This document shows positions 54,530-64,000 of a stretch of 64,000 nt of DNA, piece after piece. The translations under genes and the position numbers were made by a program. The DNA comes from Octopus vulgaris (taxonomy: Eukaryota). How positions within the stretch are numbered: position 1 is the first letter of the stretch; every line of letters begins with the position of its first letter. The notes below the pieces were generated by a model. It worked only from the letters and a program-made list of their open reading frames with translations. It made no database searches and was not told the origin of the DNA. The stretch is from contig OX597821.1 in the NCBI GenBank assembly GCA_951406725.2, positions 42,966,001 through 43,030,000 of the forward strand, given 5' to 3'.

Positions 54530-55410
54530 TGTAAATGGAACAAGATTAAAAGTCGTTGGCAGCCTTGTTTACCTAGAAGGCACACTGTCAAGAGATGGTA
54601 GTCTTAGTGCAGAGATATACTATTGAATAGGGAAGCGAGAATAGGCGGATAGAGGTATTTCCCTGCAGACAAAAACCAGTGTCTATAAAGCGTGTGTATT
54701 GTCTGCAATTCTTTATTCAAGTGAGACATGGACCACTTACAAGCCTTATATAAAAATGCTGGAGAGATTTCATCAAAAGTGCTTCAGGCGTATCTTAGGA
54801 GTCAAGTGGGAATGTTTCATACCAGATACAGAGGTTTTGCGCATGGCACGTTGCAGCTCAGTTGAACAACATGTTATCTTGGCTCTAATGAGATGGACTA
54901 GACATGTTATTAGAATGAAAGACGGGTGTTTGCCAAAGCACCTTTTTTTTATGGTGAGCTCAATTCCGGTAAGCGACCACTACATAATTCGAGGAAAAGG
55001 TATAAAGACTGTGTGAAGGAAAACCTAAAGAAACTAGATATGAACAAAAGTGATTGAGAAAAGGATGTTCTAGATCGGAACAAGTGGAGAGCTGCTGTTA
55101 AGACTAATTGCAATGCCTGGGAGGAAAAGATGACTCAGCATTCTGAACTTAAAAGGGCCTGTCGCAAAGGAACAATTGGAACTGTAAACAACAGTGAACA
55201 TTGGATATGTATTATATGTGACTGTGTTCTGTTGTCAAAAGCAGGATACGTGAACCATATGAAGTCATATGAAAATCGTAATGTCCAGATAGGTAATGAT
55301 CTTGGACACCAACCACCTCTTACGTCTTGTGTCATATGTCAAAAAAACTTGTAAAACAATATCTGGACTTAAAAGACATATGCTAGTTCAGAAAAACATT
55401 CCTTCAGAAT
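54530..55410 (+). mobile_element. RTE (BovB-like) LINE 3' fragment with C-terminal C2H2-like fingers
   Basis: VYKACVLSAILYSSETW, LERFHQKCFRRILGVKW, LPKHLF, CIICDCVLLSKAGYVNHMKSY. Confidence 0.85.
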
Positions 55411-55733
55411 CAGATTCCAAAGGGCAAAGATATAGAAGAAATTTGAATAATATCTGTCTCATGTGTTTTAAATAATAATATTATCAATTTGGAATGGCCT
55501 AAACTTAATGACGTCTCCGAGGCGTAAAATGTTTCTTCTCTAAGCATCGTCAAAACTTTCGGTGTCGACAACGAGAACAACAACAGCAGCAGCAACAGCG
55601 ACAGTAAAAACAACAACAGCACAACAACAACAATAATAACAAAAACAATAATAGCAGCAATAACAATACGAAAGAAATGAAACATTAAAACGCAAATATC
55701 GCCACTGCGTCATTTGCGTCAGCGGCGAGAAAT

Positions 55734-56600
55734 ATGGAAAGTTTCCACATAGATGAAGAAGATAGAAAATTAGCAATAAAAATTGTAAAAAGAGATGGGA
55801 GATGGGTAGCTCTAAACCCTCCATCGGAGGTGATAGAAAATATCGCAAAATGCACGGTTATATACTGTTGCATCGGAGTTAAGTCTCGGCGGTTGGAAAA
55901 TGCTTCCGAGATCGAAGTACAAAAATGTGTTGGGCGCGTGTGGGAACAGAAGATCTACATCACATGAGGAAAGAAGTTTGGGACCATTGAGGTGAGATTT
56001 GGGACAGAAGAAGAAACTAGATGTAATTCCGCAACTACTTTGAGGAATGACAACTTTTTTTATCCCCGGCTATCGCGCCCAACATCTTGCCAAGATTAGG
56101 GTGCCGAGTGTGCCGCCAGAAATATCCATTACCTGGTTAGTGGCGGCCATTTTGGCAGGTTGAGAAGAAGATGAAGTCACAATACTGGAGGTCAAGAAAC
56201 TACCTAAGCATAACTGGTTAGGTATAGGTATGGAACTGACCTTGCAATAAAAACGGGACCATATCGACCAGCTGCCCGATCTAATCGATCTCCCGGATGG
56301 TACTCACCTGTCAGTGTTCGAGGAGGGTAGAAAGCCAAGATGTCACAAATGTGGATCTGTAAACCACTTAAAGGTTTCCTGCCCCGAAACAATGGAAAAT
56401 AAAGTCTCACTGCTGCCAGCATTACAAACACCACAAGTGAAAAATCATAAACAAGTGCTCAAGACTCATACACCTTCTCATAAACCCACTCCCAAACCAA
56501 GATAAAGAAGGAGTCTACCCCCGGTTGTCATAGAAACGCAAGTTTCTCCTGAATTTTTTCCTCCCAAACCAACATCAACTGCAATGACATGGAGAAGGAA
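55734..56600 (+). mobile_element. Tx1-like ORF1 remnant
   Basis: KFGTIEVRF and EGRKPRCHKCGSVNHLKVSC, homologous to ORF1 at 35470-36129. Confidence 0.8.
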
Positions 56601-56619
56601 GAGCTGAACGATCAATAGA

Positions 56620-57400
56620 TCACAGTAACAAAAGCTGATTCTAAGTCTGTAGATATTCTATCAATCCAAGGGTCCTTTTCATTGTGTGTTTTTTCTTCTG
56701 CCCAAATTTTATTCCAAAATTCCTGCACTTCTTTTGATGGGACAGACTTTACTGTAACTGGTATCTTCCCTATCTTCCTGTAAAAGTTTTTGGGGTTATT
56801 TTTGAACATGTTGTTGCCCTTGAAGAATCTAACGCGCTTTTCATACCTTGCTATGCGAGCAGCTTTAGCACATATGTTTTGCTTGATGGTTTCTATGGTT
56901 GTATCAATGTCAAATATGGTTTTCATATTATATTTTTTATTTAATTTTCGGGTTTTTGTAGGTTTGATAGTCTTGTTAAACTTATTGTTTTTCAAAGATT
57001 CTATGTCAGACCTAAGTAGCTTAATTTTGTGTTGAATACGCTCTTACCTAGAAGGCTTTTTGTGGGAATGTTGTCACTTTCTAATCTTTTTACCGCATAG
57101 AATTGTTGAGATTTTCGCGATACACACATTCTTTGTTTTGTCCTGTACTGTCGACAATATTTTTCTTAATGTAGACCCTTGTGGTTAATAAAAAATTTCA
57201 TCTTCCGACTGGGTCTCAACCAGAGACCTAAGGCACGTATATATTAGATGGAGAGGAACTTCCCTAAGAGTGTGGACGGTTGATGTCAACCCAATTTTTT
57301 GATTGTTGGTTTCACAGAAATCTGGTCAAAAAAGTTGTCATTACCTTTCTTGATCATTTCCAGGACACCTACAACAGGGATGCACATTGTGCCCAGATTG
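56620..57400 (-). mobile_element. RLE-type LINE fragments
   Basis: KQNICAKAARIARYEKR..NNMFKNNPKNFYR..FWNKIW, and IPVVGVLEMIKKG. Confidence 0.7.
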
Positions 57401-58759
57401 GCTATTTCAGGGGGAAAAAAATCATATCTCGGGTTAAAATTATCACCTGATAGCGGTTGAGGGCTCGTTTGAACCACAATTTTAAATGTTATCAGCTGGA
57501 ACCAAATTTATTTGTTTTTTCTTAGTTTATAGGGGTCTGAATTCAAATAACCAAATCAGAGCATATCGACCAAAATTGCCTTTTTGGTGTATTGCGGTTA
57601 AAAATGATTATCTGCAAGATAATATCCATGACATCTTCAGAAGAATGTCCATCATGACGCATCCAGAATTTGCTTCGAAACTTCCCAGCCTAAGTTGTTC
57701 TATTTGTAGTGAAGTTGGTCACACAGCTCGTTCTTCAAAACATAAGATGTCTGCTTTGACAGAAGAGCGATCAAGAATTGAATCACTATATTACCGACTG
57801 GTCCATGTTACGCATATTTATTGTTTAGCATTGTTGTTTCAATATTTGTTGTGATCAGTCTTCACAATTTAATGCAAATGATTCTGATTTTCTTTGTGAA
57901 TCATTGGTGGGGGTGGGTGGTTTTCATTGTATTTTTTCTTTGGCGCGGGGAGACTATAGCGAAATTTCAATCCAGGGATTTTCTTTTTGTTATCTCGTGT
58001 TTTGGCCCTTCTTCAGTTTCGGCGTAAGCAAGGTAAAATCCTCCAAGGTGGAATCAGGCCTTCCTAATCAGATTTTTATACCATAAAGTAGGCTAAATAC
58101 AAACAAAAAAAAAGTGCATTTAAGATCAATTATTTCAAGAAGTTTATCAGGTTTTGAATCCATTTTCCTGTTTTTATACTTGTTTAATCACGTTGGGGGT
58201 CAATAACTACCGATTTTATCCAATTTTGGTTTGTTTTGATGTTTGGTACCCAAATAGGATTTATACTTTCTGTGTGGTGTTTTAACCCTTTTGAACTAAT
58301 TTTTCCCCCAGTTTACAAAAAACGCTGAGGATGTCAAATATGTTAGCCCTTAATATGTTAAAATTTGTCATTTAAAAAAACAAATTATCAAGTTTGAGGG
58401 GGCTTTACCAAAAATGTTTAATGCATCTCGTATTTTCTCAAATTTATGTTGGCCTATGCACTCTAGGCTGTAGCTTGACTGAAAGACAATAAAAATGCTT
58501 GCAAATAAGTTCAAACGGAGGCTAAAAAATCTTTTTTGTGAAAGAAAATATGTTCAATCTTATGATAATAAAAAAAATGTAAAGTTCGTTGAATTGGCCA
58601 AATTTAAAGAGCTATAAAAATTGAACCGTACATTATTTTAAACTCAGGTTTTTGCTTTGTAATCTCTTGAGTTTAGAGAACCAGAAAATATGCATTTTAA
58701 AGATCTGGGGGAAACTTCCAAAAAAATTAATTCCCACTTTGGGCACAATGTGGGATGGT

Positions 58760-59100
58760 TTGTTTGTTTGTTTTTTTAATTGCCATATCCTAGATATTTC
58801 AGTCTCAAGGTCCTTATGTTTTGATAGCTTTTCAAATTCTTTTGCTGCTATGTTTCTATCAGTAGGCACTGTCATATCAATTAACAGGCCATTTTTGTTT
58901 TAGGTCTTTGATGTTGACTTCTGATCAATTAGTATTTATTTGCGTATCTGTATGTATCCTATAATCCCATAGGCTGGTAATTCTCTCCATTAGTGACTTG
59001 CTCTGGATGGTATTCATACCAGTTCTTAGGGTGTGGGATAATATAGTGACGGCATACTCTCTAGTGAAAGTATTGGCCAACTCGATCATGCCTGGTTTTA
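58760..59100 (-). mobile_element. RLE-type LINE endonuclease fragment
   Basis: LIDMTVPTDRNIAAKEFEKLSKHKDLETEISRIW, with RHD upstream. Confidence 0.82.
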
Positions 59101-59369
59101 TTATGATTAGTTGTTAGGTTGTTGCGCTCATGATCGCGAGATCGTGGTCTAAAGCTCTAGACCGAGTGGTGCGTTGCGTTCTTGAGCAAAACACTTTGAT
59201 CACTTCGTCACCTGACGTGTGGTACACAGCACATCTGTTCAGGAAGATGGAGGGAGTGAGCTAATGTACGACACATACATTTGATCACTATAAAAAAATC
59301 ATTTCTGCATGTCATTCGGCATAAGCTGAACACTGTTCGATGGGAGAGTCTATCATCACTACTATTATT

Positions 59370-59910
59370 ATTCCACGACTGTTGGAAAGTGGGGCAGTGT
59401 TGCGAAACACCGATAACAGCTGCGGAAATACGGTATGCGATGAGGAGTTGCACAGGGGACAAATCGCCTGGTTTGGATGGTCTGCCCTATAAGGTTTACT
59501 TCTGTGTGCCTTTTGGCGGATATCTACCGCAACTGGCGGCCTTTTGGCGGGGGTCCTACAGCAACTGGCAGCAGAACGGGAGAATTCCCAATTCTATGAG
59601 TCGAGGAGTGGTGGCACTGTTAAGAAAGGACCCCTAAAAAGGAAATCAAATAGAAGCTTTAGGACCATGACGCTGCTGAAGGCAGACTTTAGCATTTTGG
59701 CCAAGGTGTTAACGAAGAAGTTGACGCTCGTCGTCGAGGAGTTGATTGGTGATGCACAAACATGCCTAATCCCAAGCAGATCTATCCACGACAACTTCCA
59801 TCTCATACGATACATCATAGACAGGATAAGTTAAGGATCTTGGAATGTGAAGGACCGTGATCAATTTGGATCAATCTAAAGATTTCGATAGGGTCGACCA
59901 CCAATACATG
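59370..59910 (+). mobile_element. Tx1/L1 RT fragment
   Basis: KSPGLDGLPY, RSIHDNFHLIRY, DQSKDFDRVDH. Confidence 0.85.
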
Positions 59911-61811
59911 GTTTCGACGGTCAGTCCAGTTACTGATAAAAACAAAATCTTAATGTGTTAATCAGGAACCTGAATAGCTAATTACTTGCTAAAGTCATTA
60001 GTCCCTGACAGAATCCTGTTTTGGTCTTGACAATTACTTTAATGTCTGAACACAGTGATTTCGGGTTCAATTCCTAGGCAGTGAGTTGGGGAGTCTGCTA
60101 ACATTCCTGCGACAGACTCTAAAATGAAGTACCAGTTACAGAGTATAACGTACTCTAAAAATACTTACCATATTTATACTCTGCGGCTTGTATTGATCAC
60201 CTAACATATCTCAGCTTCTGGTTTAAGTTTCTTTTTTTTTTTAAACTGAGCAGAACTTTTGAATCAATGGAATCGCATACGCGGTGGCCTGTAATTAGTC
60301 ACTCTTGTACTTCGTATTATGATATGGAAATAACATCAGAAATCAATGTCCTCGTATATTGGCCAGGTCTCGAGAGTTTACTCATCATTCTCAAAAGAAT
60401 TATAACGAGGAAACCATAAGTTGTTAACGAGAATGAATGAGAATGAATGATCAAACAAGAAATAAATTAAGAAAGTATTTGTAGATAATGTTCTTACGTG
60501 TCTAGAAATTAATGCTTGTAAGTAAATATCGACACTATATGAAAAATTAAAGAGAGAGAATTTTTATCATTAATTGTTGTCTGTAGAATGAAGATGCGAC
60601 AAAAATGTATTGCATTAAAATGTCCATTACCTCAGAGACTTTCAATGTTGACGAAAAAAAGAGAGGGAGGAGAGGACTTGGTGAATGAAAAATGACATTT
60701 GTTTTCCATTTTCTAAGAATACAAATGCATGCAAAAAGTAAAATGTATAAAGAAAAAACTGATAGATTTTTTATAAAATATAACTGGCAAAAATATAGAG
60801 ATCGATCAATGGAAAGGCTAACGTCAATACCCCAGAGATTATCTGTTTTAATATTCATGTTTCGTTTAACTTGGACCAAATACAGATAACCCCTACTCTC
60901 ATTAGTAAGTTAGTGTATGACGTGTTTTTAAGCGATACTGAACAATATGCTGTGTCAGAACAAAAGTGAAATTGTTGGTGTAGCACGTTGACACTAAACT
61001 GATTCATGTACATATAACGGAAAGCTAAAATGGAAGATGAAATGTCACTAACATTCCTCTCATCTACGTCTAATACATTTAAACATACACAAACACAGAT
61101 ACTTACACATACGCACACACACACATCCGCGCGCGCATGCACACACACATTACACAGAAAAATACTGGAATATATTTGAATAACTTACAAGCAAACTATT
61201 CATACATCTTTACAAAATCCTTCTCGTTTTCCTCATTCCCTAGGGTCTCCAGTGGAAACTACCCGATGAATAATAATTAAACTTAAAGTGCGAAATAACT
61301 AATTGAACGACATTGCAAACATACAGAATGTGTTACATTTTGAAGACAAATAGATTTGTTTTATATGAAAAAACAGTAAAACTTCGGAAACGCCAAACCG
61401 AATGTAACTGACATTGTTGTACTTTGGTTAACTCAGGTCGGTTCTGACGATACAGACTTTAGTCAAAGAGTTCCAGCCTGACAATCACCATGTTATTTTC
61501 AGGCAATGGATCCAAAACCATATTACCAAATGTGTGATTTTTATAAGGCAGTATGGCTTGATTTAAGGGAAATTTAGCTGTTATCCTTAGCATGTCGGAC
61601 AGCCATACAGAAGCCTCCTGTTTATATCATGTAAAAACGGTTTAATATGAAAGATTATTATTTTTGACGTCTCTATACCACTGTATCTTATTGCTGGCAT
61701 TTAGTCTCATCTTTCGTTAAAAAACCTCAGAGAATTGGCTTCCCCGTGTATTTTCCGTGTATTCGTTGTTCTTCCACCGATAATTGGAATACTATTTTGC
61801 GTTATCACTGA

Positions 61812-62122
61812 TTGTTTGAGGGTAAAGTGTTTGGCTACTGAGTCCGTGCAGAACGTATTGGTGATGGAACACCAGTGAAATAAAAGCCATTAACAGTATA
61901 AAAGCCATTATCACTATAAATGCCCCCTTTCTACAACTGCTCACACTCGCTAACAAAAAAACCGTATATATTTCGTTAGAGACTCTTAAGATTCTTTTGT
62001 TGGGGTTTAGGATCTTTAGTCAGCTGGGTTTCTGCCTGGGAGAGTTCTTGTCGGTCACTGGTGTTCCGTCACCATATAGGTTCTGCACGGACTCATTAGC
62101 CAAACACTTTACTCTCAAACAA
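61812..62122. mobile_element. MITE-like element with ~67-bp terminal inverted repeats
   Basis: 61812-61878 is the imperfect reverse complement of 62055-62122. Confidence 0.7.
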
Positions 62123-62907
62123 GTTACCAAATCTATTAATCACTATGAAGTGTGTGCATGTGTGCGCGCGCGTGTGTGAACGTTGTATTCAGTGGTAACG
62201 CAACATAATTAAGGACCATTTTGTTTATTAGCGGTCATTTTGAGTTCATTTGCTGTCACATATACTTTTGATGGGGAAAGAGATGACTGTGCACAAAGCA
62301 TTAGATTAACCATAATTCACTTCTCCATTATAAACACTCTCGCCACAACAATTGCCAAAACAAAATATTTGGGGTAGGATAACAGTTCGTCGCGGTATTA
62401 GGCAGTTTTGTGACCTTTGCAGCTATTTCAAGACTGGAGAGAGCGACATGGCTTATAGTCAGCTTGACATTGACATCAGCAAGAAATATTTTGGTAACGA
62501 AGGAATTCTAGAGAGCTTGATATCTGAAAAATGAAAGATTGGTCCAAGTAGTTAGTACAGGTCTGGCAGGTGAAACACATTAAAGTACTAAGTTGACTGC
62601 AGGTTATATATCGGAGTACCTTCTCCTAGGCTTTTCCTCAAAAAGGATAATGCAAGCCAGCAGTGGTAAGTCAATTTGAATTCAGAGCTTTATTCTCCTA
62701 TACTGGTTATCCTAATCACGGGTTCGTTTCAAAGCAGGAGCCCGGTCTTTCCCCATCAACAGTCATGGCTTTGACAGTGCAACCAGTTAAGGGACTGTCA
62801 TTACCATGACCTGGTTTTATGCCAGAGTGTCCCTCTCCTAGAAGAGCTGCCTCCACCACGGCTAATGAGCCTCATCTGCTCCCACTCCACACAATATATA
62901 TACATAC

Positions 62908-62960
<53 letters not shown>

Positions 62961-62966
62961 TATATA

Positions 62967-63350
62967 GGCGCAGGAGTGGCTGTGTGGTAAGTAGCTTGCT
63001 TACCAACCACATGGTTCCGGGTTCATTCCCACTGCGTGGCACCTTGATCAAGTGTCTTCTACTATAGCCTCGGGTCGACCAAAACCTTGTGAGTGGATTT
63101 GGTAAGCAGAAACTGAAAGAAGCCCGTCGTATATATGTATATATATACATGTATGTGTGTGCATATGTTTGTCCCCCAACATCGCTTGACAACCAATGGT
63201 GGTGTGCTTACGTCCCTGTAACTTAGAGGTTTGGCAAAAGAGACCGATACAATAAGTACTAGGCTTCCAAAGAATAAGTCCTGGGGTCGATTTGCTCGAC
63301 TAAAGGTGGTACTCCAGCATGGCCGCAGTCAAATGACTGAAACAAGTAAA

Positions 63351-63352
<2 letters not shown>
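62967..63352 (+). mobile_element. Full-length tRNA-derived CORE-type SINE (octopus OR/OK-like) in (TA)n
   Basis: A box TGGCTGTGTGG, B box GGTTCATTCCC, CORE-like segment, internal microsatellite, gtaaaaga tail. Confidence 0.9.
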
Positions 63353-63385
<33 letters not shown>

Positions 63386-63764
63386 TGATATCCAATGAAG
63401 TACAGATATCCCCGACAAAACACCATCATTGTACAATCATCACTTTTCAAAAGTCCTATGGCGATAGAGGCGTGGCGACGTATGCAGACTTGACCGGTTG
63501 GAAGCAGACAGTTACAAATCTGCACATAATGCGGCAGGGTTCTTATCTTAACATCGCTTATATGTTATCATGGACAGGAACTGTTTTCAGTGGAGAATCC
63601 TGTGTCTGAGCAGCCCTTTCAAGGAGAACACTGCTCACCTGGATATACTGGGAATGTGCTAAAAAAGGTGCCCTAAAAATTGTCTGTCCTCTCTCTGCTG
63701 GTTAGTTTACCGTGGCTAACGGTGGTTCAATTTAGCAGGAATGAACAAAGAATTGATACAAACA

Positions 63765-64000
63765 ATGATAACAAGTATGCAAGGAATAAGGTTTCTCTTA
63801 ACCTGGCCTGTTGGAACGTGAGAACTCTTTTAGATCGAGCAGATAGGCCTGAAAGAAGAACAGCTCCAGTAACTAAGGAGCTAAGGCATCTTAATGTTGA
63901 TATTGCAGCTCTTTCTGAAACAAGATGTTCAGATGAAGATCATCTTGTCGAAAGAGCGGCAGGTTTCACATTATTCTGGATTGGAAAGCTGAAGGGAGAG
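63765..64000 (+). mobile_element. RTE LINE 5' end: start of the APE domain, runs off the window
   Basis: LNLACWNVRTLLDRADRPERRTA..KELRHLNVDIAALSETR. Confidence 0.88.

Noticed and set aside
57486-57854. 122-aa ORF with CSIC..GH motif
   Set aside because: Possibly a transposon zinc-knuckle remnant, but I could not support any family or splice structure.
62670-62885. Possible HDV-like ribozyme near the RTE 5' region
   Set aside because: I could not build the nested double pseudoknot by eye. More likely a LINE 5' UTR remnant.

Overview
Eukaryotic, AT-rich, repeat-dense animal genomic DNA. The SINE and LINE families resemble those of octopus/cephalopods (inference). The only clear host gene is the 3' part of a cytosolic sulfotransferase (last three exons, + strand, 6723-12713), which the ORF track mostly misses. 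The rest is a degenerate (GGAT)n satellite, microsatellites and decayed transposons: RTE, Tx1/L1, RLE-type LINEs, Gypsy, Tc1, Helitron, Penelope-like elements (PLE) and tRNA-derived SINEs. The standout is a >99% identical 534-bp non-coding tandem array (about 7.7 direct plus 2 inverted copies, 16324-21482) inserted in a (TA)n tract. Every monomer carries a type I hammerhead ribozyme, making it a candidate retrozyme/PLE-derived circular RNA locus. Further hammerhead motifs occur in PLE pseudo-LTRs, in a tRNA-headed SINE, and as a G3-C8 core-swapped variant. All calls are from reading the sequence by eye, with no database searches.
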